A DNA stretch of 64,000 bases. Origin: an uncultured Planctomycetia bacterium. Lineage in GTDB: Bacteria > Omnitrophota > Gorgyraeia > CAYVEO01. The notes beneath the pieces were generated by a model, which was not told where the DNA came from, made no database searches, and was given only the letters and a program-made list of their open reading frames with translations. Within the stretch, counting starts at the first letter, position 1. Every line of letters starts with the position of its first letter. The stretch lies in the NCBI GenBank assembly GCA_964449965.1, contig CAYVEO010000006.1:308-64307 (forward strand). Direction: 5' to 3'. The translations under genes were made by a program, and so were the position numbers. Below are positions 18,365 to 27,906 of this stretch, piece by piece.

Positions 18365-20014
18365 ATGAAAAAAATACTAATATCCACAGGAATATTGGTG
18401 CTCGTAATATCCCTTGCATTCTATCTCAAGAATGTGCTTGGCAGCGGTGGGTCATTCACCAAGACTGAACATGGCGGGACCGATGTAAATAGTAATTCAA
18501 CTACAGGTGTATATCGTTCTTCAGTAGATAAAACTGCTACAGGACATCCTGCAGCGGCAGGCGAATGTGTCCACTGCCACGAGCAGCATGCCAGCGTAGA
18601 GGGGACAGAACCTGTTCCTACAGGCGGTCCGGATGATTATCTGTTAATGCGTGCCAATGATAATAATCTATGCTATGAGTGTCATACCGGCAGTCTGAAC
18701 AGAATCTGGCCGGGTTCAGGCGCGTTGAATTATGACGGGTCAGGACATGGAAGTACAACCGCATTGTATAACAGCAGGGATGTTAAATTGTGTGTCCAGT
18801 GCCATAACCCGCACGGGGCCATTGATACAGATTACAGTGCCACAAATCCATCCCCGAGAATGACGAGATACATTGAAGAGAAGACCTGCCTGTCTAATAG
18901 CGGTGTCGCAGGTTCAGGGTGCCATGGAAGTTCAGGTAACCCTACAGGCGCAAAAAATATATATTCACTTTTCTATTCCAAAACATACAGGCACCCGCTT
19001 TCTCCTGCATTGGACGCTGTAAAAGGCAAGACAGGCGTGCATAGTTCGTTAGAATCCCAGTCAGCATATCCTACAGGGACTGCCTTTTATGGCGCTAACC
19101 GGCACGTGGAATGTGTTGACTGCCATAATCCTCACATGGCGAGAAATAATGGGACTGCCGGCAATAGTACCCATACGGCGACAGGCGCCGCATATCCTGC
19201 CCCGACTAACATTGCATCAAGGGCACTCTTAGGCACATGGGGTGTAGCGCCGACATACGGAGGGACTGCATGGGTAGCGCCTACCAGTTGGACTGTGCGG
19301 AATTTTACAACCGTGGATGATACAGCCAACAAAGAACATCAACTTTGTTTTAAATGTCATTCATCTTTTGCCTACGGCGGGACGCCGCCGACAGGTTATA
19401 CAGACCAGTCCATTGAATTTAACCCGAATAACAAGTCCTTTCACCCGGTCTATCAGGCATTTAATGTAGCCCCTCTGCATACCAATTCCTATACTACGCC
19501 TTCTGCTAATAATGGAAACATACAAACGATGGCAGCCCCGTTTAATACAACCAGCCCAAAGACGATGTATTGCAGTGACTGCCATGGGAGCGAGACTGAT
19601 GCAGACCCCGAGGGTCCGCATGGGTCAAATAATCAGTATATCATAATACGTTCCACGTCTGCTACAGATAATACATTATGTCTGAAGTGTCATCTAAGTA
19701 CTGTTTATACCCCGGCAAGCGCCCCTGGGTCGGGAACTGAGACAGGGACTAGATTTGACCAGCAGACAACAGGTGATGGTAGTGCAAATCATTATAACCA
19801 TGCAGTAAGCCGTGGTAAGTTCTGCCGGGACTGCCATGCAGGGACACAAATAGCGGCAGTGGGTAACAACCCTGCGGCATTAGCACCAGGGTCTGTTCAT
19901 GGAACAAACCTGGCTACAGGTTTTATGAACGGTGTAAATATAAATGTTTATTCAGCAGGCAGTTGTGACCCAGCCTGCCATGCCACTAAGACATACACTG
20001 CAGGCGTAGAATGA
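18365..20014 (+). CDS. Extracellular-type multiheme cytochrome, 8 CxxCH plus CX10CH and CX3CH
   Basis: CVHCH, CYECH, CVQCH, CVDCH, CFKCH, CSDCH, CLKCH, CRDCH; CLSNSGVAGSGCH; CDPACH; Thr/Ser/Gly/Ala-rich. Confidence 0.88.
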   Translation: MKKILISTGILVLVISLAFYLKNVLGSGGSFTKTEHGGTDVNSNSTTGVYRSSVDKTATGHPAAAGECVHCHEQHASVEGTEPVPTGGPDDYLLMRANDNNLCYECHTGSLNRIWPGSGALNYDGSGHGSTTALYNSRDVKLCVQCHNPHGAIDTDYSATNPSPRMTRYIEEKTCLSNSGVAGSGCHGSSGNPTGAKNIYSLFYSKTYRHPLSPALDAVKGKTGVHSSLESQSAYPTGTAFYGANRHVECVDCHNPHMARNNGTAGNSTHTATGAAYPAPTNIASRALLGTWGVAPTYGGTAWVAPTSWTVRNFTTVDDTANKEHQLCFKCHSSFAYGGTPPTGYTDQSIEFNPNNKSFHPVYQAFNVAPLHTNSYTTPSANNGNIQTMAAPFNTTSPKTMYCSDCHGSETDADPEGPHGSNNQYIIIRSTSATDNTLCLKCHLSTVYTPASAPGSGTETGTRFDQQTTGDGSANHYNHAVSRGKFCRDCHAGTQIAAVGNNPAALAPGSVHGTNLATGFMNGVNINVYSAGSCDPACHATKTYTAGVE

Positions 20015-20835
20015 GATGGCTGCTCACAGGTCTTATCTTTGCAGGATTAGTCTGGGGGACAGTCTTTTTGGTCTTTCGCCAGTTAAAGCATCCAAAGAGA
20101 CTGAGGGGTTGGCTGATTACAGGGTTTCATGTATCTCTGGCTTTAGGTTTTTTGTTTCTCATATTAAGTAAACTGTTCAGGTTTGATGGAGAAATTGTTC
20201 TGGCTGAAGGACAGACTTTAAGGGAGGTTCATTCCGATTATATTTTTACACATGAGGGTCCGCTTTTTAAAGAGAATCACAAGGGTTTTTCATTGAGGTT
20301 AGATAAATTAGAATTAAGGCGTCCTCAGGGCATAGAAGAATATGTGAGCCATGTTACCTTACAATCAGGAAACAATAGTCCCATAAAAGCAGACGTGAGA
20401 GTCAATCACCCGTATAAATTTGAAGGGTTTTATATATATCATTTCAGGCAGGGTTTTTCTCCGTCTCTACTCATTAAAGATGCAGAGGGCAAAATTTTAT
20501 TGAATTCATTTGTGAATCTAAGCATAGTGAAGGATGAAAAAAACAGGGAAATCTCTCAGGATGAGGTGCGGTTAAGTAGTGAACGTCTTAACTTAAACTT
20601 GAAGTATTTCCCGGATAAAAAGAATTTACATATAGCTATTAAAGAGCATGAAGAATCCTCAAGTGAAGAAGTTATGGCACTCGGGGAGACCAGAAAGATA
20701 GGCGATTATAATCTCACCTTTAAGGAACTCAGGCGATGGAGCGGTCTCCGCTTGGTAAAAGACCCGTATCTTAATATGGTGTACTTCGGCTTTGTCTTAG
20801 GGATTATCTTTTTAGCAGGGATTATACTGATATGA
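20011..20835 (+). CDS. Short ResB-like cytochrome c biogenesis protein, copy 2
   Basis: TM containing GFH; VRVNHPYKFEGF; LVKDPYLNMVYFGF. Confidence 0.8.
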   Translation: MRWLLTGLIFAGLVWGTVFLVFRQLKHPKRLRGWLITGFHVSLALGFLFLILSKLFRFDGEIVLAEGQTLREVHSDYIFTHEGPLFKENHKGFSLRLDKLELRRPQGIEEYVSHVTLQSGNNSPIKADVRVNHPYKFEGFYIYHFRQGFSPSLLIKDAEGKILLNSFVNLSIVKDEKNREISQDEVRLSSERLNLNLKYFPDKKNLHIAIKEHEESSSEEVMALGETRKIGDYNLTFKELRRWSGLRLVKDPYLNMVYFGFVLGIIFLAGIILI

Positions 20836-21605
20836 AGTTAGAGTTTTTACTTATCTGGCTCACCATTCTCTTATATGCAATTGCTGCATTCGGGTATTTA
20901 GTGAGCGTTGTATTTGATAAGAAAAAAAGAATGGATATTTTAACATGGTCAGGCTGGCTCATCCATACATTTGCGATTATATGGCGTTGGTTCCGTATTG
21001 GCCATCCGCCATTTTTAAGTTTATTTGAATTGGTATCCTTAGGTGCATGGTTGACAATCCTGATATTTTTACTATTCAGTATAAGGCAGAGTAAAGGACG
21101 GGTATTAGGAGCAATAGTCCTGCCCTGGACATTTATATCTTTGGGCGTAGTCCTAAATACCCCAACTGCACCGGTTCCGTTAAATCCGGCGTTAAAGAGT
21201 TTCTGGCTATATATCCATATCGGGTTTGCTTTATTTACATACGGCTCTTATATCCTTTCAGCATCAGCGGCTGTCCTGTATCTGACAAAAAGAATGGAAG
21301 AGATGGATAAACTAAGTTATCGCTTTATACTCTTAGGTTTTTTGACACACGCCATCATGATAGTATCCGGTGCTGTCTGGGCAAATTTGGCATGGGGCAG
21401 ATACTGGGCATGGGACCCTATTGAGACATGGTCACTTCTTACGTGGATTTTATACGGGGGGTATCTACACTTAAGGTTAATTAAAGGGTGGAGAGGGAAA
21501 AGGTGTGCATGGATTTCCATTATCTCTTTGATTTTAATCATAATCTGTTTCTGGGGTGTGCCGGTCTTTTCCAGGACAATCCATGCTTTTGGAAAATTTT
21601 TTTAA
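20832..21605 (+). CDS. ccsA: Cytochrome c biogenesis protein CcsA, copy 2
   Basis: GAVWANLAWGRYWAWDPIETW; LKSFWLYIH; C-terminal TIH. Confidence 0.93.
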   Translation: MKLEFLLIWLTILLYAIAAFGYLVSVVFDKKKRMDILTWSGWLIHTFAIIWRWFRIGHPPFLSLFELVSLGAWLTILIFLLFSIRQSKGRVLGAIVLPWTFISLGVVLNTPTAPVPLNPALKSFWLYIHIGFALFTYGSYILSASAAVLYLTKRMEEMDKLSYRFILLGFLTHAIMIVSGAVWANLAWGRYWAWDPIETWSLLTWILYGGYLHLRLIKGWRGKRCAWISIISLILIIICFWGVPVFSRTIHAFGKFF

Positions 21606-21608
21606 ATT

Positions 21609-22607
21609 ATGTTAAACTTACTTAATAATTATCTCCATGATTTATCATCCGCCTGCTGGTTTGTTACAGTCATAGTGGTATGGTTTTTATATCAGGAAAT
21701 TTCAAAAGAAGGCAGTGAGACTGCCTATAAAATATGGCAAAGGTTTTTTGGCAAGGCAAATATTTTATTCTGGGTAAGTCTGGTTTTAGTGCTTGTGACA
21801 GGTGTCCTCCGTGCTTTAACCTACCAGAGATTAGAATGGGTAGATAGTTTAGGGACAAAACAGGTTTACCTCTTAATCATAAAGCATATTTTTTTCGCAA
21901 TCATGGTGTTTAGCGGTATCTTCATCTGGCATAGATTAGCAAGGAGAATGCAAATCAAATCCTCAGTTCTAATCTGGCTCGGTATAACACTGCTCCTTTT
22001 AATGGTATCCTTTAATATCGGCTGGAAGGTAACTGAAAATAATATGAAGACCCGCAGTAAATTAGTCCTTTTCCATGCCATGCCTTTGAGTTATTTCTAC
22101 CATGGAGAGACTGGTAAGAATCTGGAGGAATTAAGTTATAAGCGGACAGAAGGTAGATATGGGTGGAGTATCCCTTGCAATAATTGCCAGTTTGACGGGA
22201 AGAAGGGATTTGTTGAAGATTGTGAGGTAGGGAACTTCTGTTTAATACCTTTTGAAGGAATAGAGGTTTTGCTCTGGGTTGGTATGGATTTTTATGGTGA
22301 CCAGTATAAAGTGACAATAGACCCTGGCGGAAAAAATGAATTAGACGCAGGGTTGATTAATACCTGTGCAAATGCTGAATTAAAAGAGGTCTATCAATCA
22401 GGCAGAGAGCCGATGAAAAGAATTATTGACCCAAATAAACCGTTAGAGAGGTTTACTCAGGGAGAAAGATACATTCAGGCTTTTAAACTCTGCTCCGGTC
22501 TGAAGCCAGGCAAACACATACTCCGACTTGAACATATATGGAGAGAAGAACTTGATTCTGGAGGCCCTGATTTTAACCACCTTTATGCTGTGGAGATAAG
22601 AAGATGA
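21609..22607 (+). CDS. CopD-like membrane domain fused to an unknown soluble domain
   Basis: YLHDLSSACW, LVTGVLR, LLIIKH in about 4 TMs; Cys-containing C-terminal domain not recognised. Confidence 0.6.
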   Translation: MLNLLNNYLHDLSSACWFVTVIVVWFLYQEISKEGSETAYKIWQRFFGKANILFWVSLVLVLVTGVLRALTYQRLEWVDSLGTKQVYLLIIKHIFFAIMVFSGIFIWHRLARRMQIKSSVLIWLGITLLLLMVSFNIGWKVTENNMKTRSKLVLFHAMPLSYFYHGETGKNLEELSYKRTEGRYGWSIPCNNCQFDGKKGFVEDCEVGNFCLIPFEGIEVLLWVGMDFYGDQYKVTIDPGGKNELDAGLINTCANAELKEVYQSGREPMKRIIDPNKPLERFTQGERYIQAFKLCSGLKPGKHILRLEHIWREELDSGGPDFNHLYAVEIRR

Positions 22608-23329
22608 AAAAAATCATAATCGGGTTTTCTCTGGTTGGGATGAGTATTTTATGGACATCTACATGGGGTGAGTCTGAAAAAGAGGCGTCAGCAAAACTGG
22701 AAGAGATGATTCATGTGCCGGCAGGTAAATTTATCATGGGTGCGAACGATGGTGAAGATGATGAAAAGCCCATGCACGATGTTTCTTTAAAAGGATTTTA
22801 CATAGATAAGTATGAGGTCACAAATGGCCAGTATAAGAAATTTAAACCGGACCATACCTTCCCTGCGGGGAGGGAAGATTTTCCTGTAGTGAACGTTTCG
22901 TGGTATGATGCAAATGAATATGCCAAATGGGCGGGTAAGCGTCTGCCTGCACAGGCGGAATGGGAAAAGGCTTCAAGAGGGACAGACGGCAGAAAATGGC
23001 CATGGGGAAATGTATGGGACAAGAATAAGTGTAATACCAGTGACAGTGAAATATGGGATTCTCTAAAAGTTGGAAGTTATCCGCAAGGGGTATCACCTTA
23101 TGGCTGCTATGATATGGCAGGCAATGTATGGGAATGGACATACGAAGACTATGAGCCATATCCAGGCAATACTATAAAAAATTCACATTATGGAGAAGGA
23201 CAAAAGGTAATGAAAGGCGGTTCATGGTTTGGATATGGCGACCATGGGGCACGGTGCAGCGACAGATACATAAGCATGCCTTATGTTAAGGATGAGATGA
23301 TAGGGTTCAGGTGCGCGAAAGATGAATAA
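22604..23329 (+). CDS. Secreted FGE-sulfatase (SUMF1) domain protein, probably non-catalytic
   Basis: G.FIMG, YEVTN.QY, PVVNVSW.DA, RLP..AEWEKA.RG, DMAGNVWEW, GFRC. The FGE catalytic Cys pair after GGS is absent. Confidence 0.9.
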   Translation: MKKIIIGFSLVGMSILWTSTWGESEKEASAKLEEMIHVPAGKFIMGANDGEDDEKPMHDVSLKGFYIDKYEVTNGQYKKFKPDHTFPAGREDFPVVNVSWYDANEYAKWAGKRLPAQAEWEKASRGTDGRKWPWGNVWDKNKCNTSDSEIWDSLKVGSYPQGVSPYGCYDMAGNVWEWTYEDYEPYPGNTIKNSHYGEGQKVMKGGSWFGYGDHGARCSDRYISMPYVKDEMIGFRCAKDE

Positions 23330-24794
23330 ACGGGTCCTTCTGATAACGCCGCCGTACCACTGCGGGGTTGTAGAATCTGCAGGAAGGTGGCCTAACTTAG
23401 CATTCATTTACATTGCAGGAGAGTTACGCAAGGCAGGTTTTGAGGTGGCTATATACGATGCCATGTCAAAGTTTACAGGATATGACGAGATTGAGACTGA
23501 GATATATGAGTTCAAGCCGGATTTTGTAGGGTCAACTGCTATTACTGCTACTCTCTATGCCGCCGTAGAGGTGCTGAAAAGGGCAAAGAGGATTAACAAT
23601 AAAATTATTACCCTTTTAGGAGGGGTCCACCCAACATTCATGTGGGAGGAGGTTCTTAGAGATTATCATGAGGATGTTGATTTCTGCATATTAGGTGAAG
23701 GTGAGAGGACAATCCCTGAGTTACTCGGCACTATTCTAAAAGAAGGAGATGTATCAAAGATAAAGGGGGTAGCTTACTGGGAAAAAGAAAGAGCAGTCAG
23801 TACCCAGCCGAGGGAATTTATTCAAGACCTTGATTCAATAGACGGGGCATGGGACATTGTGGACTGGAGTGATTATCCATTATATTTCATTGACAATTCT
23901 CACGTCTCCATTGTAAGTTCCTCAAGGGGGTGTATTCATGAGTGCGCCTTCTGTTCCCAGCATAAATTCTGGCAGGGAAGTTACAGGGAAAGAAATCCAT
24001 TTCAGTTTACAGATGAGATAGAATATATCCATAAAAGATTCGGCGTTAACGTATTCTTTATAGCAGATGAATATCCGACGAGAAACAGGGAACGCTGGCT
24101 AAAAATACTTGACACATTGATTGAAAGGAATCTGGGCATATACATCCTGTTAGAGACATGCGTTGAGGATATAATACGTGACAGTGATATCCTGTGGAAA
24201 TACAGGGCGGCAGGCGTTCTCTTCATATACGTCGGGGTGGAGGCTACGAGTCAGAAAAGGCTTGACCTGTTCAAAAAAGAGCTCAAGTTTGAACAGTCCA
24301 GGGAGGCAATAAGATTAATTAAAGATGCAGGAATGATATGCGAGAGTTCGCTTATACTTGGTATGCCTGATGAGACTAAGGAGACAATTGCCGAGACCTT
24401 ACAGCTTGCTAAGATATACGATTCTGACTATATGCACTTTTTAATGATAGCCCCGTGGCCCTATGCAAATATATACAAGGACCTTGAGCCTTTTATTGAG
24501 ATAAAGGATTATTCTAAGTATAACTTAGTATACCCCATAATAAAACCAAAGGGAATGGTCCGGGATGATGTCCTGAAAGAGGTCCTAACCTGTTATAAGA
24601 GTTATTATATGGATAAATTGCCGTCGTGGTATTGGATGACTGGCAATGACCTGAAACGCGATTGTTTGTTAAAGGGCATGAAGGCTATTGTGGAGAACTC
24701 ATTCCTGAAAGACCACATGAAAGGATTAGGCAGTATGCCGGAGGAATTGAGGAAATATATTATAACAGCAAAGACAGAAGAGGTGTACTTTTAA
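23322..24794 (+). CDS. Cobalamin-binding radical SAM enzyme (class B methyltransferase/BchE-like)
   Basis: N-terminal B12-binding domain (GGVHPT, GEGE); SSRGCIHECAFC CxxxCxxC; GVEA, LGMPDET. Confidence 0.92.
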   Translation: MNKRVLLITPPYHCGVVESAGRWPNLAFIYIAGELRKAGFEVAIYDAMSKFTGYDEIETEIYEFKPDFVGSTAITATLYAAVEVLKRAKRINNKIITLLGGVHPTFMWEEVLRDYHEDVDFCILGEGERTIPELLGTILKEGDVSKIKGVAYWEKERAVSTQPREFIQDLDSIDGAWDIVDWSDYPLYFIDNSHVSIVSSSRGCIHECAFCSQHKFWQGSYRERNPFQFTDEIEYIHKRFGVNVFFIADEYPTRNRERWLKILDTLIERNLGIYILLETCVEDIIRDSDILWKYRAAGVLFIYVGVEATSQKRLDLFKKELKFEQSREAIRLIKDAGMICESSLILGMPDETKETIAETLQLAKIYDSDYMHFLMIAPWPYANIYKDLEPFIEIKDYSKYNLVYPIIKPKGMVRDDVLKEVLTCYKSYYMDKLPSWYWMTGNDLKRDCLLKGMKAIVENSFLKDHMKGLGSMPEELRKYIITAKTEEVYF

Positions 24795-24796
24795 AG

Positions 24797-27259
24797 GTGC
24801 GGGAAATTATATCATGCGTGATTCTTACTGTAATATTGTTATTATGGACACATCCTGCATCAGGAGCAGATTTCAAAGGTTACACAAGCGTTACCTACGA
24901 AAATGTGGACCAGGACGTCCAGTCTTATTACCGGTGGCAGGAGAGTATGCACCTTAGTTTTAAGGACCAGTTTATGGGCAAAAACATATTGGGTATAGAT
25001 ACAGACACAATATTGGACCAGAGAAGTGACAGGTCTTACAGTGATTTTTTACCATCAGGGTATCTTACTTTACAGGGAGAGGATTACAATTTTTACACCA
25101 GATACAGTGAATTTGAAAACAAGGGCTATCAGCAAGGGGGAAGCCTTAAGACAGATACGATTGATACTACATTGAGATTAACTATGGATAAAATACCAGA
25201 GATGACATTAAGTTATAGCGAGAACAACTCTATAGATGGACTTGACCCTCACCTTTCAGATAATACGAGTCAGACAAAATCTATCATAACCAATTATCCT
25301 TTAGGCACAAGCAAGGTATTCCTCACCTATTCAGAGCAGGATTTTATTAACCGAGCCACAGGTGTAGTCAGTTCTACTCTTCTTAACCCTGCCGGTATAG
25401 CAGTTGATGGGGCAGGAAACATATATGCAGCAGACAGGGGTAATAACAGAATCGTAAAGTTCGATTCATCAGGCAACCTGCTTAATACCTATGGCAGTTT
25501 TGGCGGGGGTGACGGACAATTCAATGCCCCGGAGGGTATAGCCATTGACAGCGGCGGTAATATCTACGTAGCAGATACACAAAACAATAGAGTCCAGAAA
25601 TTAAGGTCTGATGGAACATTCTTATTATCATGGGGAAGGATAGGCTCAAACGATGGTGAGTTCCTCTATCCCGAAGGGATAGCGGTTGATTCAAGCGGCA
25701 ATGTATATGTGGCAGATACTGAGAACCACAGGATTCAAAAATTTGATTCAGATGGTAACCATATTTTGTCATGGGGAAGTCTTGGTTCAGGTAATCAACA
25801 GTTCTCTGACCCTGCAGGTATAGCAATTGATTCAAGCGGCAATGTATATGTGGCAGATACTGAGAATCACAGGGTGATTAAATTTGATTCATCAGGTAAT
25901 TTTATTACCAAATGGGGAAGTTTTGGCACTGATAACGGGTTCTTCTCATCGCCTGAGGGCATAGCAGTGGATGGTAGTTTTTTTGTCTATGTAGCTGACA
26001 CAAATAACCACAGGGTCCAGAAATTTGACTTGTTTGGCACTTTTATTACAAAATGGGGGGGATTTGGTTCAGGCGACGCACAATTTTCCGCGCCCCAGGG
26101 TATAACTGCTGACAGGTTCGGATTTGTCTATGCAGCAGATACGTTGAATAACAGGGTGCAAAAGTTCCAGGCAGACGGAACATTTGTTACCAAGTGGGGC
26201 GGTTTTGAGACAACTGCAATACCTGAGGAACGCCGGTCTACAAGCAGTTCTTTAGGATATAATTTTTCTCTGGAACCCTTTGAGGTAGTGAATATATCAG
26301 GTAATTATAGCATATACGAATACAGGAACATGATTCAGGACATTCTCCAGAGTGAAACACTGACCCAGAATATATCTATTCAGACCAATATTACCCCTAT
26401 GGATAAGGTTACGCTCTCTGCCAGGTTTTCAGGTAACCTGCTTGAATTTGAAGATACTAATAGCACGAGTGAGAGTTCTAATATAACTGAATCATATACG
26501 ATTGGGTTAGAGCCTTACAATAATACCTTCGTTTCCACAGGTTATACCACGTACCTGTCAAAGATTGAGGGGGGCAGCAAGAGTGAGAATAACTCAGTAT
26601 TTATCAATTTCTCAGGTAAACTATCTAATATAGCCGATATAAATACGAATTATTCCAATTCAAGAAATGAATTAGATTCCGTGCTTGTTTCTGAGACAGA
26701 TGCAGGAGGAATATCAACGAGTCTTGGGGTTAGAGAGGGGATAGACCTGAATTTAGCCTACAATATCACCTCAACAAAAAGTATCCAGTCAAATTCCAAA
26801 AGTTTGACTGATACATTGAGCACCAATCTCTATACAACACCCACTCGTAAATCCTCCAGTATATTGAGTTATAATATATCTGATACAAGGATTAAATCCG
26901 AGGATTCTTCATCCAAGGCAGGGCAGGAGAATCTCTCGTTTGACCTGACGTATAAATTTACTCCTGCATTATTCGCATCCAGCGGCATTGACTACTACCT
27001 GAACAAACCGGATAGCGGAGATAAAAGCGACGAGATAGTCTTGTCAGGCGGATTGAGCTGGAGATGGAAGGAATGGCTTGACCTGAATTTATCCTATTTA
27101 GACAGACAGGATACCAGTTCGAACCAGACCCTTAACGGGCAGATGGTATTCAGGCTCAAAAACCAGACCTATATAAACCTGAGCCATCAGATATATAGCC
27201 AGGAAGAATCTACCGGTAATAGACAGGTTACGTATATACAGGTAACGAAGAGTTTTTAA
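24797..27259 (+). CDS. Outer-membrane beta-barrel protein with an inserted 6-blade NHL propeller
   Basis: GTG 24797 gives signal peptide MREIISCVILTVILLLWTHPASG. Amphipathic beta strands lie on both sides of six NHL repeats (~25375-26210). C-terminal YIQVTKSF. Confidence 0.8.
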   Translation: MREIISCVILTVILLLWTHPASGADFKGYTSVTYENVDQDVQSYYRWQESMHLSFKDQFMGKNILGIDTDTILDQRSDRSYSDFLPSGYLTLQGEDYNFYTRYSEFENKGYQQGGSLKTDTIDTTLRLTMDKIPEMTLSYSENNSIDGLDPHLSDNTSQTKSIITNYPLGTSKVFLTYSEQDFINRATGVVSSTLLNPAGIAVDGAGNIYAADRGNNRIVKFDSSGNLLNTYGSFGGGDGQFNAPEGIAIDSGGNIYVADTQNNRVQKLRSDGTFLLSWGRIGSNDGEFLYPEGIAVDSSGNVYVADTENHRIQKFDSDGNHILSWGSLGSGNQQFSDPAGIAIDSSGNVYVADTENHRVIKFDSSGNFITKWGSFGTDNGFFSSPEGIAVDGSFFVYVADTNNHRVQKFDLFGTFITKWGGFGSGDAQFSAPQGITADRFGFVYAADTLNNRVQKFQADGTFVTKWGGFETTAIPEERRSTSSSLGYNFSLEPFEVVNISGNYSIYEYRNMIQDILQSETLTQNISIQTNITPMDKVTLSARFSGNLLEFEDTNSTSESSNITESYTIGLEPYNNTFVSTGYTTYLSKIEGGSKSENNSVFINFSGKLSNIADINTNYSNSRNELDSVLVSETDAGGISTSLGVREGIDLNLAYNITSTKSIQSNSKSLTDTLSTNLYTTPTRKSSSILSYNISDTRIKSEDSSSKAGQENLSFDLTYKFTPALFASSGIDYYLNKPDSGDKSDEIVLSGGLSWRWKEWLDLNLSYLDRQDTSSNQTLNGQMVFRLKNQTYINLSHQIYSQEESTGNRQVTYIQVTKSF

Positions 27260-27260
27260 T

Positions 27261-27283
27261 GTAGGACGGGCGTCTCGCCTGTC
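27261..27283. repeat. GTAG-type REP palindrome, second copy at 49018-49040
   Basis: gtaggacgggcgtctcgcctgtc and gtaggacaggcgtcccgcctgtc. Confidence 0.8.
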
Positions 27284-27305
27284 AACCTAATTCACAGGAG
27301 GTATT

Positions 27306-27893
27306 ATGAAATTTATCAGATGTTATTTACTTATAATCGTTCTGATATTTTTATGTGGCTGCGGCTCGGCATTGAGGGTTTATCTCCATCCCCAGACTGA
27401 TATCGGAGGCATAAAAAAGGTTGCAGTGGTCCCATTTTCCAATCTCTCAGCTGACCATTTTGCAGGTGAGCGTGTAACTAATGCATTTATAACCGAACTC
27501 TTGATAAGGACAAACGTGGAGATAGTTGAGGAAGGAGAGTTGGTTAAGGGATTAAAAGAAATCGGAATAGACCATGGTTCCGGGGTTAATTTAGAAAAAT
27601 CTCTTGATGTGGCTAAACTTCAAAAATTGGGAAAATCACTCGGTGCCCAGGGAATAGTCCTGGGTTCAGTGGACCAGTATGATATGGTTAGGATAGGGGC
27701 AGAGTCATACCCGGTTATCACATTGACTGTCCGGCTTTTAGACGTAGAGACCGGTGGTATTATGTGGATGTCAAGCTTTTCAAAAAAAGGCGGACCTGGC
27801 AGTATCCCATTCATAAGTGCAGGAGAGGTCTATACGTTGAGTGAACTTACCCAGAAGGTAGCAAGACAGATTGTGTCGTCGCTGGGAGAATAA
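27306..27893 (+). CDS. CsgG/DUF799(GNA1162)-like lipoprotein
   Basis: Lipobox LCGC; KVAVVPFSNLS; LG..LGAQGIVLGSV; VRLLDVETG.IMW. Confidence 0.75.
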   Translation: MKFIRCYLLIIVLIFLCGCGSALRVYLHPQTDIGGIKKVAVVPFSNLSADHFAGERVTNAFITELLIRTNVEIVEEGELVKGLKEIGIDHGSGVNLEKSLDVAKLQKLGKSLGAQGIVLGSVDQYDMVRIGAESYPVITLTVRLLDVETGGIMWMSSFSKKGGPGSIPFISAGEVYTLSELTQKVARQIVSSLGE

Positions 27894-27906
27894 TAATGGA
27901 GGAATT

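Noticed and set aside
22604-23329. Active formylglycine-generating enzyme for sulfatases
   Set aside because: The catalytic Cys pair is missing and there is no sulfatase in the window.
25375-26210. 141-bp periodic DNA repeat
   Set aside because: Explained by coding NHL blades; not a non-coding array or a DGR template/variable pair, and no reverse transcriptase is present.
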